From Candidatus Saccharimonadota bacterium (lineage in GTDB: Bacteria; Patescibacteriota; Saccharimonadia; Saccharimonadales; Saccharimonadaceae), in contig RZZT01000001.1 in the NCBI GenBank assembly GCA_010014525.1, positions 1-63,625 of the forward strand: DNA of 63,625 nucleotides, read 5' to 3'. The position numbers and the translations under genes were made by a program. The notes beneath the pieces are model-generated. The model saw only the letters and a program-made list of their open reading frames with translations. It was not told the origin of the DNA and did not search any database. Of this stretch, positions 40,309 to 50,310 are shown piece after piece (position 1 is the first letter of the stretch; every line of letters starts with the position of its first letter).

Positions 40309-42126
40309 ATGGACACACAAAACGACAAACTATTTAAAATGCGGCACAGCCTAGCGCATATTATGGCAGCAGCTGTGCAGAGAATCTATCCCGATGCTAA
40401 ATTTGGCGTTGGTCCGGCGATTGATGACGGCTTCTATTATGATATTGATTTAGGTGAAAAGAAAATTTCTGAACTAAATTTTGGCAAAATTGAAAAAGCC
40501 ATGCGTCGGATTATCTCTGAGGAACAAGATTTTATTCGCCAAGAAGTCTCGATTGACAAAGCTATCGAATGGGCGAACAATACTAGTCAGCCGTATAAGG
40601 TTGAGTTGCTAGAAGACCTTAAGCGAGCTGGCACAACTAACGCAAAACTGCTTGCTGAGGGTGATTTTGAGGTTGGCGAAGGCGCCGAGACTGTAACTTT
40701 TTATACTAATGGCAATTATAGAGACCTTTGTCGCGGCCCGCATCTAAATAACACTAGTGAAGTTGGCTCATTTAAGCTGATGCGTGTGGCCGGTGCTTAT
40801 TGGCGCGGAAACGAAAAGAATCCACAAATGCAGCGCTTGTATGGTGTGGTATTTGAAACTCAAGAAGAACTAGATGAATATCTTGAAAAACTAGAGCAGG
40901 CTAAACTGCGTGATCATCGTAAACTGGGCAAAGAACTAGATTTGTATACGATTTCGCCTTTAGTTGGTGCTGGGCTGCCGTTGTTTACTCCGAGGGGAAC
41001 TATTTTGCGTGATGTACTGGCAAATTATTCTAATCAGCTTCGCCAAAGGTATGGTTTTGAAAAAGTCTGGACACCGCATATTACTAAGAAGGATTTGTAT
41101 GAGAAATCAGGCCACTGGGCTAAATTTGGAGATGAACTATTTCTGGTTCAGAGCCAAGAAACTAGTGATGAATTTGCGCTAAAACCAATGAATTGCCCGC
41201 ATCACACCCAAATTTATGCGTCAAGCCTTAAGAGCTACAAAGATTTACCAGTTCGATATATCGAGACTACGACCGATTATCGTGACGAAAAGACAGGGGA
41301 GCTAGGTGGTCTTAGCCGCGTACGCTCCCTCACTCAAGATGACTCGCACATTTTTTGCCGCCCAGACCAAATTGAGCAAGAAATTCAAAACTTGCTTAGT
41401 TGCGCCCACGAATTATACGAAGAAATTGGCATGAACCTGCGAGTCCGTTTGAGCTATAGGGATGACTCGGATGGATATCTAGGAGATAAAAATCTCTGGG
41501 CTGCAGCTCAAAATCAGCTAAAGAGCGCTGTTATTGCCAATAATTTGGACTATTTCGAACAAGATGGTGAAGCCGCTTTTTACGGACCTAAAATTGATTT
41601 TATGGCTACTGATGCTATCGGCCGCGAGCACCAAGTGGCGACTGTGCAATTAGATTTCGTTCAACCAGGTCGCTTTGAGCTAGTTTACACCAATGCTGAG
41701 GGCGAGTCAGAAACCCCAGTCATGATTCACTGTGCCTTACTTGGTTCGGTCGAACGTTTTATGAGCGTTTATATTGAGCACAAAGCTGGCTGGTTTGACT
41801 TTTGGTCAGCTCCAGAACAGGTGCGAATCTTGACAGTTAATAATACGGTCGACGATTATGTTGAAGATGTTGAATCAGTCCTCAAAAATACAATCCTAAG
41901 TTCGCCCGTTAAGTTCAACGAGCTTAGATTCACTAGTGATACGCGCAACGAATCTCTGGGTAAGAAGATTCGCGAAGCTTCGACAATGAAGATCCCAGTA
42001 CAGCTAATCATCGGTCCGAAAGATAAGACCGAGAGAGCCGTTAGCGTTAGAAGTCGCCAAGGCGATGATTTTGTAGAAGAAAAAGTTAGTCTAGACACTT
42101 TAAACACATATTTGATTAATATCTAA
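40309..42126 (+). CDS. thrS: Threonine--tRNA ligase
   Basis: RHSLAH, DLCRGPH, RDHRKLG, KPMNCPHH, AAFYGPKID and GSVERF. Confidence 0.97.
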   Translation: MDTQNDKLFKMRHSLAHIMAAAVQRIYPDAKFGVGPAIDDGFYYDIDLGEKKISELNFGKIEKAMRRIISEEQDFIRQEVSIDKAIEWANNTSQPYKVELLEDLKRAGTTNAKLLAEGDFEVGEGAETVTFYTNGNYRDLCRGPHLNNTSEVGSFKLMRVAGAYWRGNEKNPQMQRLYGVVFETQEELDEYLEKLEQAKLRDHRKLGKELDLYTISPLVGAGLPLFTPRGTILRDVLANYSNQLRQRYGFEKVWTPHITKKDLYEKSGHWAKFGDELFLVQSQETSDEFALKPMNCPHHTQIYASSLKSYKDLPVRYIETTTDYRDEKTGELGGLSRVRSLTQDDSHIFCRPDQIEQEIQNLLSCAHELYEEIGMNLRVRLSYRDDSDGYLGDKNLWAAAQNQLKSAVIANNLDYFEQDGEAAFYGPKIDFMATDAIGREHQVATVQLDFVQPGRFELVYTNAEGESETPVMIHCALLGSVERFMSVYIEHKAGWFDFWSAPEQVRILTVNNTVDDYVEDVESVLKNTILSSPVKFNELRFTSDTRNESLGKKIREASTMKIPVQLIIGPKDKTERAVSVRSRQGDDFVEEKVSLDTLNTYLINI

Positions 42127-43017
42127 ATGGCCGACTCTAAAAAACCACTCATTATTATAACTGGTCCAACGGCGAGCGGGAAAACGTCGCTTGCCGTTGA
42201 GCTAGCCAAGAAATATGGTGGGGAAATTATTTCTGCCGATTCTCGAGCAATATATAGAGATATTGATACAGCCTCTGCTAAGCCAAGTATTCAAGAAAGG
42301 GCGGGTGTTGTTCATTGGGGGTTTGATTTGGTGGACCCGGGCGAGAGATTTACTGCAGCTGATTTTAAGGAGTATGCCTACAAGAAAATAGATGAAATAC
42401 ATAACCGTGGTTCACTACCATTTCTGGTTGGCGGAACCGGATTATATATAGATGCTGTTTTGTATGATTATCAATTTGCCGGAGAGGTTGAAAATTACTC
42501 TAGAGAGATGTTCCAAAAAAAGGATCTAGAGGAGCTCTATGAATATTGTAATAAACACAACATTGAGCTACCAGAGAATTATAAAAATAAACGTTACATC
42601 GTCAGGGCTATCGAAAAATCAGTTAATAATTACAACGCTACAGATGTAAAAAGTAATAATTACAACGAATATAATAATATAGTTGTAGGAATTACAACAC
42701 CAAGGGAGGTGCTTCGTGAGAGGATAGCCGATAGAAATAAAAGCTTTATTAGCTCGGGTATCGTTGAAGAGGCTCTGCATAATGGCGCTAAATATGGCTG
42801 GGAATCTGAAGCGATGACCGCAAACGCATACCCGCTCATAAAGAAATTTATTGAAGGTGAGTTGTCGGAAGACGAGCTAATTGCTAAAATGTCTACGATT
42901 GATTGGCGCCTAGCTAAGCGGCAGATTACGTTTATGAAACGGAATAAAAATATACGATGGCTTGATTTGGCCGAAGCTAACACCTACTTGAACAATGAAA
43001 TTAAGAAAATAGCATAA
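42127..43017 (+). CDS. miaA: tRNA dimethylallyltransferase
   Basis: GPTASGKT, ISADSR, VGGTGLY and AKRQITF. Confidence 0.95.
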   Translation: MADSKKPLIIITGPTASGKTSLAVELAKKYGGEIISADSRAIYRDIDTASAKPSIQERAGVVHWGFDLVDPGERFTAADFKEYAYKKIDEIHNRGSLPFLVGGTGLYIDAVLYDYQFAGEVENYSREMFQKKDLEELYEYCNKHNIELPENYKNKRYIVRAIEKSVNNYNATDVKSNNYNEYNNIVVGITTPREVLRERIADRNKSFISSGIVEEALHNGAKYGWESEAMTANAYPLIKKFIEGELSEDELIAKMSTIDWRLAKRQITFMKRNKNIRWLDLAEANTYLNNEIKKIA

Positions 43018-43065
43018 CCTGAACAAAAAATGTATATTTTATAAAAAGTGTGCTAAAATATAGAC

Positions 43066-43686
43066 GTGGCTAATGATATGATTGACGCACTATTTGGATC
43101 TAAAACTAGGGTTAAATTATTGAACCTATTCTTTAATAATCCGGGTAAAGAATTCTATGTGCGCGAAATCACGCGAATTATTGATGAGCAGGTCAATTCT
43201 GTTCGTAGGGAACTGTCAAACATGCAGAACGCTAATGTTGTTAAAAGTACTACAAAAGATCGCAAACTATACTACGAGGTTAACCAGAGGCACAAATATT
43301 ATTTACCGCTAAGGGCTATATTCTCTGGGACAGAAATCAAAGAAGACATTGTCTCCGTGGTGAATAGTTCCGATAATTGGTATAGTAGAATTAGACCCGT
43401 AAAAGATGATATTAAATTATTTATCATCTCAGGTGTGCTAGTTGATAACTCAAGCTCGGTCACTGATATGCTAATTGTCGGAGACAACAATAGCCACCGA
43501 TTATCTAAATGGGCTGCGAAAATCGAGAAAGACGAAGCTAGGGAGCTAAATTACACCATTATGAGCCCAGAAGAGCTTTACTATAGGGCAAGTCTGAAGG
43601 ACAAGTTCCTAGCTAGCATTATAGAGAGTGAAAATAGAATAATTGTCGATACTGATAATATTTTTAGCAATAAACAAGGAGAATAA
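43066..43686 (+). CDS. Winged-helix transcriptional regulator with nucleotidyltransferase-like C-terminus
   Basis: LFGSKTRVKLL...YVREI...NSVRREL HTH; C-terminal G...TDMLIVG...ELNY. Confidence 0.75.
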   Translation: MANDMIDALFGSKTRVKLLNLFFNNPGKEFYVREITRIIDEQVNSVRRELSNMQNANVVKSTTKDRKLYYEVNQRHKYYLPLRAIFSGTEIKEDIVSVVNSSDNWYSRIRPVKDDIKLFIISGVLVDNSSSVTDMLIVGDNNSHRLSKWAAKIEKDEARELNYTIMSPEELYYRASLKDKFLASIIESENRIIVDTDNIFSNKQGE

Positions 43687-43687
43687 G

Positions 43688-44305
43688 ATGTTTGATATAG
43701 AATATAAAGGAGCTAACACAGTAATTATTTCGACTAGAAATTCTAGTTTGGTGGTCAACCCTAAGTTATCTGAGTATGGTCTGAAAGATACTATCATAAA
43801 GGATGGGATAGAGCTAGCCACTTCAGGCCGCTTCTTAACCGATGATGATAATTTTAAGCTGAGCATAAGTTATCCAGGCAGCTACGAAGTATCGGGTTTT
43901 TCCATAAATGGATTTTCGACATCTACCAAAGAAGGCGATGACTCTGTGATCTATAGCATTAATATCGAGGATGTCAAAATTGGTATCGTGGGCGGTGTGG
44001 ATAAAGAACTCTCCGACGACCAACTGGAGAGCTTGGGCGTTTTAGATATTTTAATCTTGCCAGTTGGGGGTGGGGACGGCCTAGGCGCGACCGCTGCAGC
44101 TATGACTGCTCGAAAATCTGACGCCAATGTGATTATCCCGACCAATTATGCCGATTCGGATGTAAATTATACTGCCGAGCATGACGATCTTGACCTATTT
44201 CTAAAAGAGTCCGGCCTAGAGGTGGAGAGGACCGCTAAATATAAAGTTAAATCCGGCAATACAATGCCGGAAAAACCGACTGTGGTTGTGTTGGACAGAA
44301 GATAG
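43688..44305 (+). CDS. MBL-fold hydrolase-like protein (degenerate)
   Basis: PGSYEV, DILILPVGG and IIPTNY; HxHxDH metal motif absent. Confidence 0.7.
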   Translation: MFDIEYKGANTVIISTRNSSLVVNPKLSEYGLKDTIIKDGIELATSGRFLTDDDNFKLSISYPGSYEVSGFSINGFSTSTKEGDDSVIYSINIEDVKIGIVGGVDKELSDDQLESLGVLDILILPVGGGDGLGATAAAMTARKSDANVIIPTNYADSDVNYTAEHDDLDLFLKESGLEVERTAKYKVKSGNTMPEKPTVVVLDRR

Positions 44306-44322
44306 GGCGTCACTGATTATAT

Positions 44323-44358
44323 AAAAAATACTACCCCGTGCAGAGGTAGTATTTTTTA
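44323..44358. terminator. Bidirectional terminator
   Basis: AAAAAATACTACC...GGTAGTATTTTTT between convergent genes. Confidence 0.8.
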
Positions 44359-44370
44359 TATAAGATAGCT

Positions 44371-44559
44371 TTACAAAATACCTTTTTTCTTTAGCGTTCG
44401 TATAGCTTGTGTGCTCAAGTTAAGTCTAACCTTTTTGCCATCAACTATAACTGTCTTCTTTTGGATATTTGGTTTGAAGGTTCGCTTGGTTCGGCGAAGT
44501 GAGAAGCTCACATTGTTGCCGTGTTGCTTGCCCTTACCGGTCAAATCACATACTGCCAT
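44371..44559 (-). CDS. rpmB: 50S ribosomal protein L28
   Basis: CDLTGK, GNNVSFS, TKRTFKPNIQ. Confidence 0.96.
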   Translation of the reverse strand: MAVCDLTGKGKQHGNNVSFSLRRTKRTFKPNIQKKTVIVDGKKVRLNLSTQAIRTLKKKGIL

Positions 44560-44644
44560 AATTTACTCTCTTTTATTTATTATTTACAATCTTTTCAATT
44601 ATAGCCCAATTTAGTTAATTAGTCAAGTGTGTTATAATCGTAAT

Positions 44645-45271
44645 ATGCAGGTATTAGGTATAGTCATAGTTTTTAGTGTAGTGGTGTTTTCTATGGTGAT
44701 ACATGAGCTAATGCACGGTCTGGCAAGCTATTGGTTGGGCGATGATACGGCTAAGCTACAGGGCCGGCTGAGCCTCAACCCATTAAAACATATCGATCCG
44801 GTTATGACATTACTGGTGCCAGTATTGTTATATATGGCGGGCGGACCAATTTTTGGGGGAGCAAAACCGGTACCGATTAACACTAATAAAATAAAATATG
44901 GTGACTACGGGCTCGCTCTAGTGGCACTAGCCGGGCCACTATCAAATCTTGTGCTGGCCTTTATTTCTTTTGGTATCCTAACGGGCCTCGGCGCAGATGG
45001 TGGTTTGTTGGCATTAATTCTAAGCTTGATGGTCCAAGTGAATCTTGGTTTTATGATATTTAACCTGTTGCCAATCCCACCCCTGGATGGGTCAAGAATC
45101 ATCTATGCGATAGCCCCAGAATTTGTTCAATCTGTCATGCGGAAAATTGAGCCCTATGGCATAGTAGTTGTATTTCTACTAATTAGCACGTTTTCTACGG
45201 TATTCGCTGGATATATGCAGGCGGCTCAAACCATAATAATCGAAATATTTATGGGAATTTTCAGAGTTTAG
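44645..45271 (+). CDS. Site-2 (M50) membrane metalloprotease
   Basis: HELMH, LNPLKHID, AGPLSN and FNLLPIPPLDG. Confidence 0.93.
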   Translation: MQVLGIVIVFSVVVFSMVIHELMHGLASYWLGDDTAKLQGRLSLNPLKHIDPVMTLLVPVLLYMAGGPIFGGAKPVPINTNKIKYGDYGLALVALAGPLSNLVLAFISFGILTGLGADGGLLALILSLMVQVNLGFMIFNLLPIPPLDGSRIIYAIAPEFVQSVMRKIEPYGIVVVFLLISTFSTVFAGYMQAAQTIIIEIFMGIFRV

Positions 45272-45286
45272 TGATATAATGTAAGT

Positions 45287-45430
45287 AGCCCTAGAACGAA
45301 AGGCTAATGATTTTCCTGAATAATCATTGATATTGGGACTCCTAATGATGATCTGTCGTCGTGGCGACATTTTGCGGAAACCCACCTTGCTTTTAGCGGG
45401 GAAATATCATGGCTGTCTCGAACTGGGGCT
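45287..45430 (+). ncRNA. Probable 6S RNA (short)
   Basis: Rod-like fold: AGCCCTAG/CTGGGGCT closing stem, ATGATTTTCC/GGAAATATCAT, central bubble, terminal TGTCG/CGACA; starts 6 nt after TGATATAAT. Confidence 0.6.
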
Positions 45431-45473
45431 TTATGAAATTATTTAATAGTATTGTGTAAATTACAACAACATA

Positions 45474-46346
45474 ATGAAACAAAAAGTAAAAATTACAACG
45501 ATTATAGAGATGGGTAAAAGAATTGTTCTTTTAAGGAATAATAAAACTGATCTTTTAGAATTACCGCAAGGTGTATCGTCTGCTGGTGAGCAGCCAGAAC
45601 AATTTGCAGTCAGGCTAGCCATGGATTTATTTGACACAGAGCCTGAGAGAGTAAGACTATACGATATAGTCTCGTATACTGATAAGAAATTAGACAAAGG
45701 CAGGTCAAATTCGCAGTTATTTATACTATATAAAGTTGACTTTGATGATACTAATAACTTAAAATTATCTAGATATAATATTAAATACAATTCGGCAGAA
45801 TCAGTTGACTTAGAAAAATACGTATCTCAGACTAACGTGTCCGAAGAAACCGATTTTATCCTAAACGTGTTATCTCAGAATTATGACAAAAGTTTTATTA
45901 GTAATGATATTGCCGGTGAGGCGTTGTCGGACTGGACGCTCTATACGGACGGGGGCTCTAGGGGAAACCCTGGCAAATCGTCTGCTGCCTATGCTATTTT
46001 TAAAGGCGAAGAGCAGATTACTATAGGCGGAGAATTTCTAGGCATTACAACTAATTCTCAAGCTGAATATCACAGCTTGAGAATAGGCCTAGAGGCTGCC
46101 CTAGCCCGTAACGTTACGCGTTTGGTAGTGAAAATGGATAATCTAATGGTCGTGAACCAGATCAACGGTACGTATACGGTAAAAAATCGTGAGCTATGGC
46201 CGATATACGCCAAAATTAAGGACCTAATAAAACACTTTGAGTATCTGAAGGTGGAACACATCAGAAGAGAGTTTAATACGATAGCGGACCGTGAAGTTAA
46301 CCGTGTTCTAGATGAATTCGTAGCTAGTGATAGTCTAGATGTGTAA
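45474..46346 (+). CDS. RNase HI-family protein with degenerate NUDIX-like N-terminal domain
   Basis: C-terminal YTDGGSRGNPG, TNSQAEY, MDNLMVVNQ and HIRREFNTIAD; N-terminal ELPQG...GEQPEQFAVRL. Confidence 0.85.
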   Translation: MKQKVKITTIIEMGKRIVLLRNNKTDLLELPQGVSSAGEQPEQFAVRLAMDLFDTEPERVRLYDIVSYTDKKLDKGRSNSQLFILYKVDFDDTNNLKLSRYNIKYNSAESVDLEKYVSQTNVSEETDFILNVLSQNYDKSFISNDIAGEALSDWTLYTDGGSRGNPGKSSAAYAIFKGEEQITIGGEFLGITTNSQAEYHSLRIGLEAALARNVTRLVVKMDNLMVVNQINGTYTVKNRELWPIYAKIKDLIKHFEYLKVEHIRREFNTIADREVNRVLDEFVASDSLDV

Positions 46347-46373
46347 AATAAAAATTTTGTGATATAATTGTTT

Positions 46374-46718
46374 GTAGCCCATCGAATGATCGCTAGCTTT
46401 TAGCTAGAGGAAAGTCCGGGCAGCATAGGGTATGACAGTTGTTAACGACAACCGGAGGAGACTCTAGGGAAAGTGCCACAGAAACGATACCGCCTTGGCT
46501 TTAGGGCTAAGGTAAGGGTGAAAGGAGTGGGGTAAGAGCCCACAGTCGCTTATGGTGACATAACGCGAGAGGTAAACCCTGTCTGCTGCAAGGAGAGTTT
46601 CTGGCCGTTAAACGCCAGTTGGCTACCCGCCAAGCTCGATAACCGCTAGACTGCATAGGTAACTATGTGGCTAGATAGATGATCATTTTAAACAGAACCC
46701 GGCTTACAGGTGGGCTAC
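46374..46718 (+). ncRNA. rnpB: RNase P RNA
   Basis: GAGGAAAGTCC, AGTGCCACAGAAA, GGTAAACCC and AACAGAACCCGGCTTA; P1 GTAGCCCATC/GGTGGGCTAC. Confidence 0.97.
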
Positions 46719-46733
46719 CTAAAACTTATGTAA

Positions 46734-46767
46734 TAAAAAATCCAGTATATTATAACTGGATTTTTTA
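46734..46767. terminator. Bidirectional terminator between rnpB and rplT
   Basis: TAAAAAATCCAGT...ACTGGATTTTTTA. Confidence 0.8.
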
Positions 46768-46786
46768 GTTGAATACAAGATTTGTA

Positions 46787-47128
46787 TTATTTTACAGATT
46801 CAACGACTGTTGCAAATGCCTGTGGCTCTCTAGCGGCTAGCTCTGCAAGAATTTTGCGATCTAGCTCGATATTTTTAACTTTAAGGCCGGCAATTAGTTT
46901 TCCGTAAGTTGTTCCGCATTCTCTAGCGGCAGCGTTGATCCTAGTGATCCATAAGCCGCGTAGGTCACGTTTGCGGTTGCGTCGGTCGCGATATGCGTAT
47001 TGTCGCGAACGGATTACGCCCTGTTTTGCTAGGCGATATGAACGTGTGCGCGAATGTTGCATGCCCGTAGCGGCTTTTAAGATTTTTTTGTGCTTAGCGC
47101 GTGCTGTGACACCTCTCTTTACTCGCAT
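46787..47128 (-). CDS. rplT: 50S ribosomal protein L20
   Basis: [21 protein letters not shown] and DRKILA. Confidence 0.97.
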   Translation of the reverse strand: MRVKRGVTARAKHKKILKAATGMQHSRTRSYRLAKQGVIRSRQYAYRDRRNRKRDLRGLWITRINAAARECGTTYGKLIAGLKVKNIELDRKILAELAAREPQAFATVVESVK

Positions 47129-47129
47129 A

Positions 47130-47327
47130 TTATTTTACTCCTAACGCTCGTTTAACATTTTTTGCCATTGCGCCGTCTACGGTCGCAGTGGTATTGATTC
47201 GTCGTTTACGACTTTTGCTTTTCTTTGAAAGCATGTGATTCTTAAAGGCTCGGCGACGAGTGACTTTACCGGTTTTGGTAACTTTCATTCGCTTAGCCGT
47301 GCCCTTATGGGTCTTTAGCTTTGGCAT
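47130..47327 (-). CDS. rpmI: 50S ribosomal protein L35
   Basis: [13 protein letters not shown]; operon position. Confidence 0.97.
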   Translation of the reverse strand: MPKLKTHKGTAKRMKVTKTGKVTRRRAFKNHMLSKKSKSRKRRINTTATVDGAMAKNVKRALGVK

Positions 47328-47329
47328 TA

Positions 47330-47839
47330 TTATTTACTCCTTACTACTAAACTCAGATTGCGGCCAGCCATCTGAGGCTTTTGCTCCACTATAGTTTCTT
47401 CTTCGAGGAGGGAAATGATTTTATTAGCCATGTCAAATCCTAGTTCTTTATGGGCCATCTCGCGGCCCTTAAATACTATTTGGATCTTCACTTTATGACC
47501 AGCTTCAAGAAATTTCTTGATCTTCTTTAACTTGATTTCTAGGTCTCCACCTCCGATTTTCAAGCCAAAACGCATTTGTTTTAGATCAACAGCTTTTGAA
47601 TTTCGTTTATTCTTCTGCTGTTCTTTCATTTTTTGGTACTGGTATTTACCCCAATCAATAATCTTTGCGACTGGGGGATTGGCGTTTGGCGAGATCTCGA
47701 CTAAGTCGACTCCAGCCTGTTCGGCAAGTTTCAGAGCCTCTTTAGCCGACATAATGCCTAGCTGTTCGCCATCTTGACCGATAACCCGTAGCTCACGTGC
47801 TCTTATAGCTTGGTTTATCCGTGCTGAATTGGTGCTAAT
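47330..47839 (-). CDS. infC: Translation initiation factor IF-3 (ATT start)
   Basis: ORF extends in frame 29 codons upstream of the ORF track call to an ATT after AGGAAGGA, restoring the conserved [14 protein letters not shown]. Confidence 0.95.
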   Translation of the reverse strand: MSTNSARINQAIRARELRVIGQDGEQLGIMSAKEALKLAEQAGVDLVEISPNANPPVAKIIDWGKYQYQKMKEQQKNKRNSKAVDLKQMRFGLKIGGGDLEIKLKKIKKFLEAGHKVKIQIVFKGREMAHKELGFDMANKIISLLEEETIVEQKPQMAGRNLSLVVRSK

Positions 47840-47924
47840 ATTTCCTTCCTTTCGAGCTTGCTATTTCAGATGCAATTTACTCAGAGACAATTTTACCAAA
47901 AAATCCCTAAAAAATCAAGTTGTT

Positions 47925-49442
47925 TTATAGAGATTTATCTCTATAGCGATACTGTAGGGCCTCGCTTATGTGTTGGGGCAGGATTTTGTCGGATAATTCC
48001 ATGTCGGCGATCGTCTGTGAAACCCTGATAGCTTTGAGATAACTTCTAGCTGAAAGATCCAGTTTACCGGCCGCCATGTCTAATAATTTTTTAGCTTCGT
48101 CTGTGAGGTTTAAGCCATCTTGGACGGTAGCTAACTGAATCATACTATTGTAAAAATTACTACGATTGTATCTTTTTTGTTGTATTTTTGACGATGATTC
48201 TATCTTATAAGATAATTCTTCATGAATGTTGTAATTTTTATCATGGTTATCTAGTAAGGATTTATTCTTGATACGTTGAACGGGGATGACTATATCTATT
48301 CTGTCTAATAACGGCCCAGAAAGCTTGCGCTGATAGTTGAGGATTTGCGTTGTAGTGCAAGTACACTCTTTCGTTTCGTCTCCTAGGTAGCCACATGGGC
48401 AAGGGTTCATAGTCGCTATTAGCATAAAATTGGCAGGGTAGGTACTAGTTCGGTTGACTCTACTGATAGTGATTTCTTTGTCTTCTAGCGGTTGCCGTAG
48501 CGATTCCAGGACATTTCGGGGGTATTCGGGTATTTCATCTAAAAACAAGACGCCCAAGTGTGATAAACTAACTTCTCCGGGTAGGGCTTTGGGACCGCCT
48601 CCGACTATTGAGATTTTACTGGCTGTGTGATGCGGAGCTCGAAAAGGTCTGTTATGAACAGTGGTAGATGAATTATTGACTAGCCCATGTACTTTAGAGA
48701 CCTCGATAATTTCCTCGTCTGTCAAATCTGGCAATAGCGAAAGGGCAGCTTTGGCTAGCATTGTCTTGCCGGTGCCAGGTGGGCCTGTTAATAATATGTT
48801 ATGCCTGCCTGCGATAGCTATCGCTAGGGCGCGTTTGGCCTGATCTTGGCCTACAACATCGTTTATGAGTTTTCTGGTCTCCTTAGGGCGTCTTAGCGGC
48901 TCAAGATTAGGCTCATAAGCTGGTGTGAGCTGCTCCTTTTTCAAGTGAAGGAATAGGTGCTTCAGATTTTTTATTGGTATAAGCTCAACGCCCTTGATTA
49001 GGCCTGCTTGTTCGGCGTTACCCGTAGGTATAAAAATAGTCGAAACTCCCGAATCTCTTATTTTTTCAACGATGTTAAGAATCCCTCGAACGGCTTTTAT
49101 GCTGCCATCTAGGGATAATTCACCCACAAAAGCAGCGTTTTCTATATCGGAAGAACTTAGTTGTTTGCTTAAAATCAAGATCGAGATAGCAATTGGGACA
49201 TCAAAATACGTACCATCCTTGGGCAATTCTGCGGGCGCAAGGTTAATTGTGATTTTACTGCTAGGGAATTCCAACAAGGAGTTTTTAATAGCGCTTCTAA
49301 CCCTATCTTTAGCTTCGTCGATGGCTTTATTGCCCATTCCGACAATTTGCAGAGTCGGTAGACCTTTAGACATGTCGCCTTCGACCTCGATAATCTCGGC
49401 GTCATAACCGATTGGGGCGGCGGATATAACCTTACTTACCAT
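47925..49442 (-). CDS. comM: ComM/YifB Mg-chelatase-like AAA+ ATPase
   Basis: ITINLAPA, GELSLDG, GPPGTGKT, FRAPHH, GVLFLDE, MNPCPCG and SGPLLDRID. Confidence 0.92.
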   Translation of the reverse strand: MVSKVISAAPIGYDAEIIEVEGDMSKGLPTLQIVGMGNKAIDEAKDRVRSAIKNSLLEFPSSKITINLAPAELPKDGTYFDVPIAISILILSKQLSSSDIENAAFVGELSLDGSIKAVRGILNIVEKIRDSGVSTIFIPTGNAEQAGLIKGVELIPIKNLKHLFLHLKKEQLTPAYEPNLEPLRRPKETRKLINDVVGQDQAKRALAIAIAGRHNILLTGPPGTGKTMLAKAALSLLPDLTDEEIIEVSKVHGLVNNSSTTVHNRPFRAPHHTASKISIVGGGPKALPGEVSLSHLGVLFLDEIPEYPRNVLESLRQPLEDKEITISRVNRTSTYPANFMLIATMNPCPCGYLGDETKECTCTTTQILNYQRKLSGPLLDRIDIVIPVQRIKNKSLLDNHDKNYNIHEELSYKIESSSKIQQKRYNRSNFYNSMIQLATVQDGLNLTDEAKKLLDMAAGKLDLSARSYLKAIRVSQTIADMELSDKILPQHISEALQYRYRDKSL

Positions 49443-49510
49443 AATATTCTAATTTAAGCATAAAAGCTATCATAAATCAATAAAATATGCTATAATCTAA
49501 TCATCTGGAT

Positions 49511-49896
49511 GGGGCTGATTTAGCTTTAGACAAAAGGATTTTAACATATTATCTGGCAAGTCGATTACTTCGTACAGTATATTTTAAATGCAAAAGAAAA
49601 TTTTGTAGCAAAAGTAAAGGGTATGTTTACTCCAGCTTTTGCGCCAATCGCTGCTTAATTATTCAGCGATCATCAGATTAAACTAGGCAACGTAAGTTTA
49701 ACTGGTGTTATATTTTACCGTTGATCGTTTGTCCGCGGTTTCTAATTCCGTGGATAAATTAAACTTTTAATTAGGACTCGGGTCTTTTTTTGTTTATCCT
49801 TTTTATAGACCTTGAGTAATTTAAGGATACACTAAGCTTGTAGATGGATAATAAGTTACCTTTTGGACCCGAGGGCAGTTCTCGGCAGCTCCACCA
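49511..49896 (+). ncRNA. ssrA: tmRNA
   Basis: 5' GGGGCTG pairs with 3' CAGCTCC-ACCA (G3:U); tag ORF 49590-49658 AKENFVAKVKGMFTPAFAPIAA*. Confidence 0.93.
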
Positions 49897-49976
49897 AATT
49901 TGAGATTATTATAAGGCCTAGTTGCACAACTAGGCCTTATTTTATTGCGTAGTAAATGTGAAAAATACAACAAAAT

Positions 49977-50011
49977 AAAAAATGAGCGACTGCGAGGAAC
50001 GCTCATTTTTT
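49977..50011. terminator. Bidirectional terminator
   Basis: AAAAAATGAGCG...CGCTCATTTTTT. Confidence 0.8.
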
Positions 50012-50132
50012 ACAGAATTGTGGAGTTATATTAGTTTTCTACGTAGAACATCTGCGGTTTATTCTATGCAGGTAATATATAATTTTTGTTTTTGGGGTTT
50101 GGGCTTATGAATAAGTTTTTTGTTCACAAGCT
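49977..50132 (-). ncRNA. Candidate small RNA
   Basis: Bounded by a minus-strand consensus promoter and a terminator; 5' hairpin; no convincing ORF. Confidence 0.5.
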
Positions 50133-50138
50133 ACCCCT

Positions 50139-50167
50139 ATAATAGCGTGTTATTATGCTAATGTCAA
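50139..50167 (-). promoter_or_regulatory. sigma70 promoter (leftward)
   Basis: Reverse strand TTGACA-17 nt-TATTAT. Confidence 0.75.
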
Positions 50168-50275
50168 GCCTTTTATGTTGTTTTTTGAACAACTTTTTTA
50201 AACAATATTTCTTTGTGTTTGTGGAAACTCTCGCGGCTTATGCAGTATGGAAAACAGGCAAGTGGGGCTAGGGTA

Positions 50276-50304
50276 TTGACAAAGTATTATGTTTATGATA
50301 GTAT
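50276..50304 (+). promoter_or_regulatory. sigma70 promoter (rightward)
   Basis: TTGACA-17 nt-TAGTAT with TG extended -10. Confidence 0.8.
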
Positions 50305-50310
50305 GTAAGT

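Noticed and set aside
49821-50006. 61-aa minus-strand ORF
   Set aside because: Overlaps the tmRNA 3' end and terminators
50059-50127. 22-codon minus-strand ORF (MNKKLIHKPKPQKQKLYITCIE)
   Set aside because: GTG start, no SD and low-complexity A-rich origin; insufficient support
50100-50260. Cluster of degenerate DnaA-box-like 9-mers (TTATTCATA, TTGTTCACA, GTTTCCACA, TTTTCCATA) as oriC
   Set aside because: None is perfect and two are simply the arms of the sRNA 5' hairpin. dnaA is not in the window, and gene orientation stays mostly + on both sides.
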